Source: Parasphingorhabdus sp. (GTDB taxonomy: Bacteria; Pseudomonadota; Alphaproteobacteria; Sphingomonadales; Sphingomonadaceae). Taken from it: DNA of 64,000 nucleotides. Under the pieces are notes generated by a model. The model worked only from the letters and a program-made list of their open reading frames with translations, was not told the origin of the DNA and ran no database searches. The stretch lies in the NCBI RefSeq assembly GCF_037621005.1, contig NZ_JASJLB010000001.1; one strand, written 5' to 3'. Below are positions 51,096-62,115 of this stretch, piece after piece (position 1 is the first letter of the stretch; every line of letters starts with the position of its first letter). Made by a program: the position numbers and the translations under genes.

Positions 51096-52325
51096 GTGTC
51101 GGACAAACTTTCGCCTCTGGCGCCATCACAATCGCCAGCATTACCCGATATTGCAGGCGTCACCCGCCGCATTGCCCGCGCACAATATAAGGATTGGGAT
51201 CGCTGCGATCTGACCTTTGTGGAATTGGCAACGGGAACAGCGGTTGCCGGTGTGCTTACCAATAGCAAATGCCCCTCGCCGGAGGTCGAATATTGTCGGG
51301 AAGCACTTAAGGACGGCAAGGCACGCGGCCTGGTCGTCAATGCCGGCAATGCCAATGCCTTTACCGGCGCGCGCGGCATGGCGGCGGTACAAAAGATAGT
51401 GTCAATGGCGTCAGCCCATCTCGGATGTACGGAGGACGAAATATTCGTTTCTTCTACCGGCGTGATCGGCGTGCCTCTGCCGCAGGACAAGGCCGAAGCA
51501 GGTCTGAAAGCTGTGTTTGAAGCGCAGCCCTGCAATTGGGAAGCCGCGGCTGCGACGATCATGACCACTGATACTTTCCCGAAAATGGCAACGACAAGCG
51601 CCATCATTGGCGGCAGCACAGTCCATCTCAACGGGATTATAAAGGGTTCAGGCATGATCGCCCCAGACATGGCGACCATGCTCGGCTATATTTTCACCGA
51701 TGCGACGGTCGAGGCCGGCTTCTTGCAGGAAATGTTGAGCGCAGCGACAGCCAAAAGCTTCAATTGCATCACCGTCGACAGCGACACCTCGACCAGCGAT
51801 ATGGTGCTTGCCTTTGCCACCGGTCAGCACGCAACCCTTGCCCTGAACTCGTTCGATGACGACGGCGCAGATGCGTTTCAAGCCGCGCTGAACGATATGT
51901 GCATGCAATTGGCACATCTGGTGGTGCGCGACGGCGAAGGGGCGAGCAAATTTATCGAAATTGCGGTGACCGGCGCGGACAGCGATGACAGCGCGAAACG
52001 CATTGCACTGTCGATCGCCAATTCTCCTCTGGTCAAAACCGCCATTGCCGGTGAAGATGCCAATTGGGGCCGGGTGGTCATGGCCGTCGGCAAGGCTGGC
52101 GAACCGGCCGATCGCGACCGGCTGGCGATCAGCTTTGGCGGTGTAACCGTCGCACGCGACGGTCTTGTTGTGCCGGATTATGATGAAGCACCGGTGGCGG
52201 CGCATCTTCAGGGCAGCACAATCGATATTGCAGTCGATATCGGCCTTGGCAATGGCAAGGCAACTGTCTGGACTTGTGACCTGACCCACGGATATATTGA
52301 TATCAACGCCGATTACAGGAGCTGA
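51096..52325 (+). CDS. argJ: Bifunctional glutamate N-acetyltransferase / amino-acid acetyltransferase ArgJ
   Basis: 409 aa with a GTG start. Autoproteolytic site context MIAPDMATMLGYIFTDA and an ArgJ-type C-terminus ([10 protein letters not shown]). Confidence 0.95.
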   Translation: MSDKLSPLAPSQSPALPDIAGVTRRIARAQYKDWDRCDLTFVELATGTAVAGVLTNSKCPSPEVEYCREALKDGKARGLVVNAGNANAFTGARGMAAVQKIVSMASAHLGCTEDEIFVSSTGVIGVPLPQDKAEAGLKAVFEAQPCNWEAAAATIMTTDTFPKMATTSAIIGGSTVHLNGIIKGSGMIAPDMATMLGYIFTDATVEAGFLQEMLSAATAKSFNCITVDSDTSTSDMVLAFATGQHATLALNSFDDDGADAFQAALNDMCMQLAHLVVRDGEGASKFIEIAVTGADSDDSAKRIALSIANSPLVKTAIAGEDANWGRVVMAVGKAGEPADRDRLAISFGGVTVARDGLVVPDYDEAPVAAHLQGSTIDIAVDIGLGNGKATVWTCDLTHGYIDINADYRS

Positions 52326-53136
52326 ATCTTTGCATCAGCTCTATCAGTCCGTTCTGGAAATATTGGAGCAAGCGTCGCGAGACATCGTGATGCCTTATTA
52401 CAAGAATCTGCAAGCCCACCAGATCGACGAGAAGACTCTCGGTGACCTAGTGACCGTCGCCGACAAGCTCAGCGAAGAATATATTGCTGAGGCGCTTGCG
52501 GCGCTGTTGCCGGAATCAAAAATTGTTGGTGAAGAAGCCTTCGCCGCCGATGAGGCGGTTGTGGATCAATTGGCCGATGATCAGGTCTGGATCATCGATC
52601 CGATCGACGGCACCGGCAATTATGCGGCCGGACAGCCGCCCTTCGGCATCATGATTGCCCTGGCCGAGCAGAATGAAACCTTAGCCGGCTGGCTCTATGA
52701 CCCGCTCACCTCGCGTATCTGCCATGCGGTTAAAAATGGCGGGGCCTTTGTGAATGGCAAGCCGGTTACCGTGCCGGAGGATCATCCGGACAGACCGGTT
52801 GCCGCTTTGGCGACCGGTTTTATGACCACGGACGAACGAGAAGCTTTGGTTGCCGCTGCGGAACCTTATTATGAGATTGTCGACATACCGCGCTGCGCCG
52901 CCGAGCAATATCCGCGGCTGGTGAAGGGAACCAACCATATTTCGGTATTTCAGCGCACCCTGCCCTGGGACCATGCCGCGGGTCTATTATTCCTCAACGA
53001 AGCGGGAGGGAAATGCGCGCGCTGGGATGGTTCGGCCTATCGCCCTGCGGACAGCATAAAAGGACTGCTCGGCGCTTCGTCACCGAAACTCTGGGACGAA
53101 GCAGCCGAGCGGTTCGGGGATATTTTCAGACCTTAA
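52297..53136 (+). CDS. Inositol monophosphatase family protein
   Basis: Metal-binding motifs GEE (VGEEAF) and [12 protein letters not shown]. The start is uncertain: TTG 52297 overlaps argJ by 29 nt, and TTG 52330 lies 4 nt after the argJ stop. Confidence 0.85.
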   Translation: MISTPITGAESLHQLYQSVLEILEQASRDIVMPYYKNLQAHQIDEKTLGDLVTVADKLSEEYIAEALAALLPESKIVGEEAFAADEAVVDQLADDQVWIIDPIDGTGNYAAGQPPFGIMIALAEQNETLAGWLYDPLTSRICHAVKNGGAFVNGKPVTVPEDHPDRPVAALATGFMTTDEREALVAAAEPYYEIVDIPRCAAEQYPRLVKGTNHISVFQRTLPWDHAAGLLFLNEAGGKCARWDGSAYRPADSIKGLLGASSPKLWDEAAERFGDIFRP

Positions 53137-53459
53137 GCGGGTAGGCTGGACTCAAGCCAAGATTTGAGCTGGCTTTTTGGAGCCGCGCCAACCTTGGTTT
53201 CAACCGCGACACCGTTGTGGAACAGGATCATAGTAGGAATACCGCGCACGCCATATTTTGCGGGCGCGTCGGGACTGTCGTCGATGTTGAGCTTGGCAAT
53301 CGTAACCTTACCAACCAGTTCATCGCTGATTTCTTCGAGTGCGGGACCGATCATTTTGCATGGGCCGCACCATTCTGCCCAGAAGTCGACGAGCACGGGG
53401 CCGTCCGCCTTCAGGACATCGCCTTCAAAACTTGCGTCAGTAATTGCCTTGGTAGCCAT
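53133..53459 (-). CDS. trxA: Thioredoxin
   Basis: 108 aa with the WAEWCGPCK active site. Confidence 0.97.
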   Translation of the reverse strand: MATKAITDASFEGDVLKADGPVLVDFWAEWCGPCKMIGPALEEISDELVGKVTIAKLNIDDSPDAPAKYGVRGIPTMILFHNGVAVETKVGAAPKSQLKSWLESSLPA

Positions 53460-53534
53460 GACGAATCTCCAATTGTTTAAACTCTATTTAGGTATGGTGG
53501 GGTCTGCGCTCAAGCGCATTTGCGGAAAGGATTT

Positions 53535-56500
53535 TCATATCGGCTCAAAGCCGGGCTTGTTCTGCTCGATCAGACTGGTGGAAAGCTCCAGCATTTCCGG
53601 GCCATGCGAGTATAAAAGTCCTGCCCGGATCGGCCGCGCCGGAAAAATCTTTTCCAGTGCAGCGACATAGGCTGCCATCTGCCGGAGATAGGCGACGGGG
53701 GCTTGTTCTGCATTGGCGGGTACCCGGCGGCCAGTTTTGAAATCCACGACATAAATATATTCATCGGTGATTAGCAGCCGGTCCACCGTACCGGATATGA
53801 CATGTTCTCCGACAACCGCAGCGATTGGCGCTTCTGCAAGGCTATCCGGTGCGAACAAGGCGGACCATTGCGGATTATCCATGATCGCGAGAGCCGTCTT
53901 TATAATATCCGTACGCCGGGCCGGATCGGCTATTTGCTTTTGTTTTGCCAGCCACCGGTCGGCGACTTCTACGCGGCGTTCGGGTTCAATATTCGGCAAT
54001 CGCTGAAACAGGCTGTGCAGCAATATTCCTCGTTCGGCAGCGGAGCGCATGGGCAGGTCGGGAGGCGGATTGCTGGCATCGTCGGGGCCGAGATGCGAGG
54101 GAGTCAAGGGTCGCGGTGGTCGCGATTCTTCCGGTGCCGGTCGGAACAACCAATCCGGCAACGGCGCTTCTCCTTCCTGCTGATCAATCGCTCCTTCGGC
54201 AGCAGACGGCAAGGAAGGCGGTTTTCGGCTTTCGGTCCGATATTCCCGCATCGAAACCCAGTCCGGGTCTTCCCGCCAGTCCGAGCCCAATGCCATCAGC
54301 CCGCGTTCCATGGCGCTAAACCAGCTTAGTTCCGGGACTTCGCCTTTCGCTCTTGGTCCCAGGACGCCGGCAACGACGAGATGTTCTTCCGCTCGGGTCA
54401 TCGCGACGTACAGCAGCCGCCAATGTTCTTCCATCGCGACCCTGTCGGCATGGGCGGCATGTTCGGCCAATATGCCTACTCGCTCCGACTTGCGGACCGG
54501 GACAACCGGATATTCGAGTTCAAGACCGCCCCCCCCATCCAGCTTGATGGCAAAGCCGCCGCTTTTTCTGCTCGCCGGATCGAAAGTCGCATTGGCCAAT
54601 ATCACCAAGGGCGCCTGCAATCCCTTTGCGCCATGCACCGTCATCAGGCGTACTTCATTGCCGCCCTCGACCTGCTCGCGTTTGATTTCGACATCGCCCC
54701 GGTCAAACCAGTCAAGAAACCCCTGCAATGTCGGGATATGATCCCGCTCAAAGGCGAGAGCCGTCGCCAGCAACTCATCGAGCGGATCCACCGCCGCATG
54801 GCTGAGGCGGGCCAACAATTTGCGCCTGCCTTGCATCGGGCCGGACAATATGGTCTCGAGAAACTGATAAGGCGTGTTGAAATCGGCCATCGCCAGCAAT
54901 TGCATCAGCGGCTTGATTTGCTGGTCCAGTGCATCCTGTCGGCGCAAAAACTCCCAAAGGCTTTTCTCGGCCTGTTTCGGCCCGCGATAGCCACGCGCTA
55001 GCAAACCCTCTTGTGTCCAACCGAGCAGCGGTGAAACCAGCAGGCTGGCGAGATTGAGATCATCATTCGGCTGCAGGACGAAGCGAATGGCCGCCAGCAG
55101 ATCCTGAACAACCAGCGGCTGGTTCAGGCGGATACGGTCGATTCCGGCCACAGGTACTTTCTCAGCAAACAGACGGGCGACGATGAGAGCGCTCAGCTCA
55201 TCGCGCTTGCTCACCAATATCAATATATCCTTTGGTTGCAGCGCCCGGTTTTGCCGATCCAGCCAGAGAGGGTTTTTCGGCGACAGCCATCGCTTGATCT
55301 GTACCGCGAGCTGCTGAGCAAAGACCCGCTTCTCTTCGCTAGCCCAGGATTCCTCATCCTCGTCATCGGCATCGCCGCCATTGGCAATCGGCTTCCAAAG
55401 AGTCACGCTGCCGCTCGCACCCTCATAATTGCTGCGATGTTCGGGGACCCTCTGCTTGAGTCCCAATTGCTCGTGACCAAGCTGTTCCAGCGTTGCATCG
55501 ACAACCTTCAATATTGGCGGTGTCGAGCGAAAACTACGGTCCAGCGACAGATCTCCAAACGGCTGTTCCGACGCCTCTGCCAGGGCAAAAAATTCGGTTC
55601 TCGCGTTGGCATAATTATGCGGGCTGGTGCCCTGAAAACCGAATATCGCCTGCTTGAAGTCGCCAACCGTGAACAAGGTCCGGTGCCGTCCCGGATCAGC
55701 ACCCATGCCGGCAAAAAACTCGCCAGCAAGCGCGCGGACAATCTCCCATTGCGCAAGATTGGTATCCTGCGCTTCGTCGATCAATATATGATCGGTGCGC
55801 TGATCGAGTTTATAGCGAATCCACGCGGCCATATCGCTTTTCTGTAACAGGCTGGCCGTCATCCGGATCATGTCGTCAAAATCGACAACGCCTTGCAGTT
55901 TCTTGGCGTCGCGATAGCGATAGTAAAAGGCGCGCCCGGCTTCCAGTGCGCCTGCGAACAGATCGGCATATTCAAACAAGGCCGCTTTTTCGAGCAGGCC
56001 GCTGCTCCATTTAAGTAGTGATCCGGCAATGAAATCGTAATCTGGTAGCGCCTTCAGCAGCCCCTTGGTGGGTACGCGTGGCTCGTCTTTCTTAGTGCTC
56101 CATGCCAGATAGACATCCGGCAAAGCGGCGGCGCGCTCTTGCGAATTGAGGGTCAGCCACAGCCGAATCGCCAATTGGCGTTCCTTCTCCTGCTTGCCGC
56201 CGAATTCCGCCATCGCGTCGCGCAATATTTTGATCGAGCGGAGATCTATCGCTTCGTCGGTGCAACGATCCGCCAGCCATGTTTCGGCATCACCTTCGAT
56301 GGGAAGGGCCAGCAGTCCCCGGACAAAGGGCAGCACGCCGCTTGCGAGATGTTCCATCGCATCGGCTTTGGCTGCACAGGCCATCAGAAATTGTTCGGTT
56401 GCCTCTTCGCCCATCCGGACACTCAGACGCTGGATCGCTTCGATGATCTGGGAACGCCCTGCCCGCTCTTCTTCAAGCAGCAGAACACCTAAGGCGTCGC

Positions 56501-56990
56501 GCGCCAAAATTTTCTGGTCGCGCGCCTCGATCGGTTTGAACATCGAGGCAATACCGGCCTCTTCCGGAAAAGAGGCGAGCAAGGACTGGCAGAAGCCGTG
56601 GATCGTCATGATCCGCAAACCGCCGCCCTCCGCATCCAGGACGCGGGCAAATAAAGTCCGTGCGCGGTCTCTGGTTTCTGGCCCGGTTGATGCGCCAATT
56701 GCAGCAAGGTCACTCGCCAGTCTGGCATCGTCCATTCGAACCCAGGCCGCCAGCTGGCGATTAATCCGTTCCGCCATTTCGGCGGCGCCCGCCTTGGTGA
56801 AGGTCAGGCACAGAATATGCTCGGGATCGACTCTTTCCGTAAGCAACAGGCGAAAAACCCTTGCCGTCAACACCTGGGTTTTCCCGGTACCGGCAGAGGC
56901 GCTGAGCCAGATATTGGTTTCGGGCTCGACCGCATCGATCTGCCGGTCCTTGAGCGGAAATATTTTTGGCTTGTCGCTACTCATCCTCAA
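53535..56990 (-). CDS. addA: Double-strand break repair helicase AddA
   Basis: 1151 aa. UvrD-type motif I SASAGTGKTQVL and a C-terminal RecB-type nuclease motif GTVDRLLITDEYIYVVDFKTG. Confidence 0.92.
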   Translation of the reverse strand: MRMSSDKPKIFPLKDRQIDAVEPETNIWLSASAGTGKTQVLTARVFRLLLTERVDPEHILCLTFTKAGAAEMAERINRQLAAWVRMDDARLASDLAAIGASTGPETRDRARTLFARVLDAEGGGLRIMTIHGFCQSLLASFPEEAGIASMFKPIEARDQKILARDALGVLLLEEERAGRSQIIEAIQRLSVRMGEEATEQFLMACAAKADAMEHLASGVLPFVRGLLALPIEGDAETWLADRCTDEAIDLRSIKILRDAMAEFGGKQEKERQLAIRLWLTLNSQERAAALPDVYLAWSTKKDEPRVPTKGLLKALPDYDFIAGSLLKWSSGLLEKAALFEYADLFAGALEAGRAFYYRYRDAKKLQGVVDFDDMIRMTASLLQKSDMAAWIRYKLDQRTDHILIDEAQDTNLAQWEIVRALAGEFFAGMGADPGRHRTLFTVGDFKQAIFGFQGTSPHNYANARTEFFALAEASEQPFGDLSLDRSFRSTPPILKVVDATLEQLGHEQLGLKQRVPEHRSNYEGASGSVTLWKPIANGGDADDEDEESWASEEKRVFAQQLAVQIKRWLSPKNPLWLDRQNRALQPKDILILVSKRDELSALIVARLFAEKVPVAGIDRIRLNQPLVVQDLLAAIRFVLQPNDDLNLASLLVSPLLGWTQEGLLARGYRGPKQAEKSLWEFLRRQDALDQQIKPLMQLLAMADFNTPYQFLETILSGPMQGRRKLLARLSHAAVDPLDELLATALAFERDHIPTLQGFLDWFDRGDVEIKREQVEGGNEVRLMTVHGAKGLQAPLVILANATFDPASRKSGGFAIKLDGGGGLELEYPVVPVRKSERVGILAEHAAHADRVAMEEHWRLLYVAMTRAEEHLVVAGVLGPRAKGEVPELSWFSAMERGLMALGSDWREDPDWVSMREYRTESRKPPSLPSAAEGAIDQQEGEAPLPDWLFRPAPEESRPPRPLTPSHLGPDDASNPPPDLPMRSAAERGILLHSLFQRLPNIEPERRVEVADRWLAKQKQIADPARRTDIIKTALAIMDNPQWSALFAPDSLAEAPIAAVVGEHVISGTVDRLLITDEYIYVVDFKTGRRVPANAEQAPVAYLRQMAAYVAALEKIFPARPIRAGLLYSHGPEMLELSTSLIEQNKPGFEPI

Positions 56991-59976
56991 CCATTTCTGA
57001 CGGCGTGCGCCCGTACCATTCTTCGAGCCGCATCAACTGGTCATAGTCGGCGAAGCGGGCATATTCCGGGTGCAGCTTGGCAGTCATCGGTGCCGTGCCC
57101 TTTAGATATTGATCGGCCGCCGCGTTGAACCGTGCCACGGCATGGTCGACCATCGCATCCGGCGCGATGATATTGTCGCCGCGGCCTTGCGTCGGCGAGC
57201 GGACATGGCCGAAACTGTCGGTACCTCCCTTTTTCGCCAGCGACCAATATTCGAAGGCCACCGCCTCACCTTCAATGTCCTTGAATCCACCAAGCTCGGC
57301 AATTGCGGCGAGCAGGCCAAGTTGCAGATTATAGCCTTCGATCACCGCCTTGTTGGTGGGTGCGCCGCCGGTCTTGTAATCGACAATGGCGAGACCGCCA
57401 TCCGGCATCCGGTCGATGCGATCGGCGATGCCAGAGAGTTCGACGCCGGCAATCTCGGCCTTGCCGAAGATCTCCGAAACAATGGGCTCGCGGGCCGCCT
57501 TGCCACTTTCCGCGAGAGTATCGGCGATCCAGGCCAGGCCCTCGAGCAGACGCGGCGCCCACAGGCTGCGCATAAGCGGGTGCAAACCAGGATTGTTGAG
57601 AAACGCCTGCGCCCTTTCGCGCAGTGCCGCAGGGGCATAATAGTCCTGCTTGGCCCATTGATCGAGAATGTCGTGAATGATCGTTCCGCGCCAAGCAGCG
57701 CTCGGGTCCGCGTCGATCATATCTAGCGATGCAAAGCCCATGATCTTTTTCGCATAAAATGAATAAGGATCGGCGATCAGGCCATCAACCTGGGTGACCG
57801 AAATAGGGATATGGCGCTGCGCTGCACTCGGCAAAGGAGCCGGCCGTTCATAGGGCGGGGATTCTATTTCCGGCTGGTCGATGGCAGATGTCCATGCGCG
57901 GGCTTGCGGATGTTGCTTCAGATTATCGCCGCACATGCCTTTCAGACGGAGCAGGAAGCGCGAGGCAATGGCTGGCCCGGAATCATCTCGCCGCGCACGG
58001 GACAGGATGACCTTCTTCGCCCCCATCGCTCCGACCAGATCATGGGCAGAAAGGCCGATCTGCCGTTCCTGGGCCGGCAGGCCGAGCGATTTGCGGATCA
58101 TCGGCGCGAGCCACGGATCGGGTGTTATCGTTTGCGGCCAGCTGCCCTCGTTGAGGCCGCAGCAGATGACCAATTCGGACTGTTGCAGGCGCGCTTCCAG
58201 CAAACCGTAAAGCGCAATGCGCGGATGGCCGCCATAAGGCGGGCGCACCGATATTTCAGACATCAATGTCTCAAAATAGCCGGCGAGCTCATTCGCCGCG
58301 ATGCGGACGGGACCCATTTCAGCCCGGACTTGCAATTTCGTCAGCAATTCGGCCAGTTCCCGGCCAGCCGCGCCAGCCCAGATCGCGCCATTGGTCAATG
58401 TCCCGGCCAATCGCCGCAACTGATCCAGAAGATGTGGCCAGTCCAGCGGCGGCGCGAACAGATTTTCCATCGGCTCGAACATCGTGCGAACCGATTTCCA
58501 CCACGGCGTGACTGCTTCGCGCAGTTTTCGCGTCCGGTGATTGTCGCCCTTTAGCAGCGCGTCGATGGCCGCCAGTCCCGGCGCCGGGCGCGGGCCGCGC
58601 AACACCAGGTCCAGTTTGCGGACATGGTTCAGCCATGGGAGCCGCCCTTCGCCGCGCTGCACCAGCGGATGCTTGAGCAAGGCAAGAAGTTCAGCCGGCG
58701 GAAAACCGTCGGCGACCGCCGCCAGCAGGTTTAAAAAAAACACCCCTTCCGGCAACTTCGCCAGGGGCTCGCCTGCGGTATCATCGACCTGAATATCCCA
58801 GCGCTTCAAATGGGAGGAAATCCGGGTCGCCAAGGAGCGGTCGGGTGTGACAATCGCAACCCGTTGATACGGATCTTCCAGAGCCTCGCGGGCAAGAAGC
58901 GCAATGATCTGGGCTTCCTCGGCGCTATTGCACGCCTCGACTGTCTGCACCCCGGCCAGGCTGCGTTCACTGCTTTCCAGTGTCTGCCAGCGCACGGTCA
59001 GTTTCGGGATCGCGAAGGCATTGCTTAGCGCCCGGCTGCGCTTGGCCGCCGCGCCGCTTTCGCCGGTGCGCGGCCAGCACATGATTTCGCCGCGCGCGAT
59101 CGACATCCGGTCGAGCAGCAATTTCATATGATATTGCGGATGGGTTTCCTGCGCCCGCGACACATAGCCGCTTTCCGGATCCGGCTGGAACGGACCCAGT
59201 AAATCCCATTCTTCATCCGCCATGATCAGGTCGAGGTCAGGCAGGACCACCAGACCCAAAGGCATGAAGGATATGGTTTCCAGAAAGCGGGCAATGGCGG
59301 GAGCAGAGGTGGTGACGCCCGCCGCGACGACGAAATGATCGGGTGGCGATGTTTTCCAGCTTTTCGCGATATGGTCGAACAAAGCATTGCGGCGCACCGC
59401 CTGATCAACCCGCTGCCATTTTTCCAGCTGCTGTCGCCATTTCTCGGCGATGATCAGGAAGAAGCGATAAGAATCCTGCCAGTGACTGGACAGGTCGAGG
59501 CTGTCCGGCTCCGTCTTCATCAGGTCAGACAGCGAAATTTCTTCGATATTCAACTGGTCGAGCGTCCGGGCGAATTCGCGCGCCAGCCGCAGCGCATCTT
59601 TTGCCAATATGGCATCCTCGCGCAGCCTGATTTCCTTCTGGATCAGTTGCGCCAGGGTGAGCAGACGATCCATCGGATCGACGGCGGCCGGAATATCGAG
59701 CGCCAATTCCCCGGAATCAAGCGCAACACCGATCGATTCATCCAGATCAAGATCGCCGATTACCGCCATTTGAGGCAGCAAAAGCCCGTTTTCACTTAGC
59801 CGGACGAAGGCTTCCTGCACTGCGCGCTGCGCGCGGTTATTCGGCAATATGACGAGACCGCGGGCCAGGCCAAACGCATCTTTGGCAAAGCGATCGATCA
59901 GTCCTTGAGCCAGCGCATCGGCAAAGCCGCCGTGCGCGCCGATATTGTAAATGGATGGCCGGCGGCGGTCAGACAC
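56977..59976 (-). CDS. addB: Double-strand break repair protein AddB
   Basis: 999 aa. C-terminal PD-(D/E)XK-type motif GIADRIDRMPDGGLAIVDYKTG. Its 3' end overlaps the addA start by 14 nt. Confidence 0.9.
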   Translation of the reverse strand: MSDRRRPSIYNIGAHGGFADALAQGLIDRFAKDAFGLARGLVILPNNRAQRAVQEAFVRLSENGLLLPQMAVIGDLDLDESIGVALDSGELALDIPAAVDPMDRLLTLAQLIQKEIRLREDAILAKDALRLAREFARTLDQLNIEEISLSDLMKTEPDSLDLSSHWQDSYRFFLIIAEKWRQQLEKWQRVDQAVRRNALFDHIAKSWKTSPPDHFVVAAGVTTSAPAIARFLETISFMPLGLVVLPDLDLIMADEEWDLLGPFQPDPESGYVSRAQETHPQYHMKLLLDRMSIARGEIMCWPRTGESGAAAKRSRALSNAFAIPKLTVRWQTLESSERSLAGVQTVEACNSAEEAQIIALLAREALEDPYQRVAIVTPDRSLATRISSHLKRWDIQVDDTAGEPLAKLPEGVFFLNLLAAVADGFPPAELLALLKHPLVQRGEGRLPWLNHVRKLDLVLRGPRPAPGLAAIDALLKGDNHRTRKLREAVTPWWKSVRTMFEPMENLFAPPLDWPHLLDQLRRLAGTLTNGAIWAGAAGRELAELLTKLQVRAEMGPVRIAANELAGYFETLMSEISVRPPYGGHPRIALYGLLEARLQQSELVICCGLNEGSWPQTITPDPWLAPMIRKSLGLPAQERQIGLSAHDLVGAMGAKKVILSRARRDDSGPAIASRFLLRLKGMCGDNLKQHPQARAWTSAIDQPEIESPPYERPAPLPSAAQRHIPISVTQVDGLIADPYSFYAKKIMGFASLDMIDADPSAAWRGTIIHDILDQWAKQDYYAPAALRERAQAFLNNPGLHPLMRSLWAPRLLEGLAWIADTLAESGKAAREPIVSEIFGKAEIAGVELSGIADRIDRMPDGGLAIVDYKTGGAPTNKAVIEGYNLQLGLLAAIAELGGFKDIEGEAVAFEYWSLAKKGGTDSFGHVRSPTQGRGDNIIAPDAMVDHAVARFNAAADQYLKGTAPMTAKLHPEYARFADYDQLMRLEEWYGRTPSEMVEDE

Positions 59977-60685
59977 GCGCCAGCGCAGCTTCTGTTGGCG
60001 CTATTGCTTCCGGCGAGCCAACCTCGAACCATTCACCTTGGTGAACCATGCCAAATAGGCGACCCTCTCCAATGGCCCGTTCCCAAAAAATATTGGTCGA
60101 AAAAGGACCGGTGGGCGAGTCACGCAAAAGGCGTTTCGAAATTAGCTGGATACCGGAATAGATCAACGGTGCCTGTTGCTGTGGAATCTTGCGGGAAATC
60201 CGGCCCTCGTCATCTAGATGAAAATCACCCGTGCCCTGATAATTATGAGCCGAGATTCGCGGCACCAGAAGCAGCAGTGCATCCATCTCGTCCTCGTGCC
60301 ATACCTGCGCCAATTGAAGCAGGCTATTGGTCGGCCCATCGGTCCACAGATTGTCGCTGTTGATGCAGAAAAATGTTGATTCCTCAATCATCGGCTCTGC
60401 CTTAACCAATCCTCCGCCGGTCTCAAGCAGCTGAGCCCGCTCGTCAGAAACCCTGATATCGATCGGATATCGCAAGGCGGAAAAATGTGCTTCCATCGCG
60501 TCAGCAAGATAATGCACGTTGACCACGGCCTTCCCTATGCCCGCTTCGACGAGCTGTTCAAAACAATGGTCAATCATCGCCTTGCCAGCCACCTCAATCA
60601 ACGGCTTCGGCCGCGTTTCGGTTAGCGGGCGCATGCGTTTGCCCAGCCCAGCCGCCATGATCATCGCGGTTTCGATCCTGGTCAT
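59969..60685 (-). CDS. murU: Nucleotidyltransferase family protein, MurU-like (N-acetylmuramate alpha-1-phosphate uridylyltransferase)
   Basis: 238 aa. The N-terminus AMIMAAGLGKRMRPLTETRPKPLIEVAGKAMIDH aligns by eye with Pseudomonas MurU. It is paired with an AmgK-like kinase gene upstream. Confidence 0.75.
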   Translation of the reverse strand: MTRIETAMIMAAGLGKRMRPLTETRPKPLIEVAGKAMIDHCFEQLVEAGIGKAVVNVHYLADAMEAHFSALRYPIDIRVSDERAQLLETGGGLVKAEPMIEESTFFCINSDNLWTDGPTNSLLQLAQVWHEDEMDALLLLVPRISAHNYQGTGDFHLDDEGRISRKIPQQQAPLIYSGIQLISKRLLRDSPTGPFSTNIFWERAIGEGRLFGMVHQGEWFEVGSPEAIAPTEAALARV

Positions 60686-61692
60686 GTGGCTTTTTTTGGC
60701 ACCGGAATGGGCCGGCGCCGTACTTCACCGGGAATATTCTGGTTAAACCATTTGGTCACCGGTTCAAGCGCAGGATGGCGCAGGTCTCTCTCCAGCAGAC
60801 GCCACATTCTGGGCAGAAAATCGAGATAGCGCTGCTTGCCGTCCCGCACAGAAAGCCGGGTGAATATACCGATAATCTTGGTGTTTCGCTGCGCCCCCAA
60901 AATGGCATAATGGCTGCGAAATATTTCTGCCGCATCTTTGTCATGATCGGCCAGATAATATGCGAGCATATTCTCCTCAAGCTCATCCGACACGTCGCGG
61001 CGGGCATCCTGCAACATCGAAACAAGATCATAGGCGCGATTACCGATCAGAGCATCCTGAAAATCCAGCAAGCCGAGCCGACCGTCTTCAAGCAACATGA
61101 TATTTTCGGCATGATAATCGCGCATCACCGTAACCGGCTGTTCTTCCGCAGCGATTACGGGTTCAAGAATTTTCCGCCAGCAGGCCGCAAAACTCTCTAC
61201 TTCCACGTCCAGTTTTTGCGCCGGACAATAATATTCGGTCAGCAAATTGGCTTCCCGTAAATATTGCGTTTCGTCATAAACCGATATCGAGGCTGCCGGC
61301 ACCTTATGCAGTTCGCGAAGCAGATCGACGGCCTGCCGATAAATTGCATCCTCATCCTCTGGATGGTGATCGAGATGCTCGCGCATCCTCTCTTCGCCAA
61401 AATCCTCCAGCAGAACCAAGCCGTGGTTCAAGTCGCGAGCGAAAATCTCGGGAGCAGCAAAGCCGGATTTTTTCAGATATTCGGCAATCATGATGAACGG
61501 TGTGGGATCTTCATGCGGCGGAGGCGCATCCATCAGGATAGCTCGGCGGTCGCCATCCCGGACGCGGAAATAGCGGCGAAAAGACGCGTCTCCCGCCACC
61601 GGCGACAACTGTGCATCGCCCCACCCATATTGTTTCAAAAAATCTGCCGCTGCTACTGGCGGTTTCATGTCAGTGTCCATCGATCTTTCCAA
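60682..61692 (-). CDS. amgK: Aminoglycoside phosphotransferase family kinase, AmgK-like (anomeric MurNAc/GlcNAc kinase)
   Basis: 336 aa with APH-type catalytic motifs VMRDYHAENIMLL and LLDFQDAL. 4-nt overlap with the MurU-like gene. Confidence 0.72.
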   Translation of the reverse strand: MERSMDTDMKPPVAAADFLKQYGWGDAQLSPVAGDASFRRYFRVRDGDRRAILMDAPPPHEDPTPFIMIAEYLKKSGFAAPEIFARDLNHGLVLLEDFGEERMREHLDHHPEDEDAIYRQAVDLLRELHKVPAASISVYDETQYLREANLLTEYYCPAQKLDVEVESFAACWRKILEPVIAAEEQPVTVMRDYHAENIMLLEDGRLGLLDFQDALIGNRAYDLVSMLQDARRDVSDELEENMLAYYLADHDKDAAEIFRSHYAILGAQRNTKIIGIFTRLSVRDGKQRYLDFLPRMWRLLERDLRHPALEPVTKWFNQNIPGEVRRRPIPVPKKAT

Positions 61693-62111
61693 GCGTTACC
61701 GGCGTTCCAAGTCAACCAGCGATTGCCGCCGCCGGTTATTTCCAGCTCAATCTTGAGCGCATCCTTCCAGAAACTGTCGGGCATCCGGCCTGGCCATTCG
61801 ACTATCATCGCGCCATCTATCAGCGTGTCGTCCAGACCGAGCTCGGGAATTTCCTCCGGGCCTTCAATTCGGTACAGATCAACATGGGCGACCGGGATTC
61901 TGGTTTCGGGCGGTTCATAGGGCTGGACGATCGCGAATGTAGGACTTGGCACTTCGCCGCGATAGCCCAGCCCTTCCAATATACCTCTCGCCAATGTTGT
62001 TTTTCCGGCCCCAAGCGTGCCTCTCAGCGCAATTTTGTCTCCTACACGCAGCAAGCCGCCCAATTCTCGCCCAACATTCAGGGTCGCTTGCACATCCTCC
62101 AGAATCAACAT
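61665..62111 (-). CDS. tsaE: tRNA threonylcarbamoyladenosine biosynthesis ATPase TsaE
   Basis: 148 aa. P-loop GTLGAGKTTLARGIL, plus SPTFAIVQPY and HVDLYR motifs. Confidence 0.92.
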   Translation of the reverse strand: MLILEDVQATLNVGRELGGLLRVGDKIALRGTLGAGKTTLARGILEGLGYRGEVPSPTFAIVQPYEPPETRIPVAHVDLYRIEGPEEIPELGLDDTLIDGAMIVEWPGRMPDSFWKDALKIELEITGGGNRWLTWNAGNAWKDRWTLT

Positions 62112-62115
62112 TGTG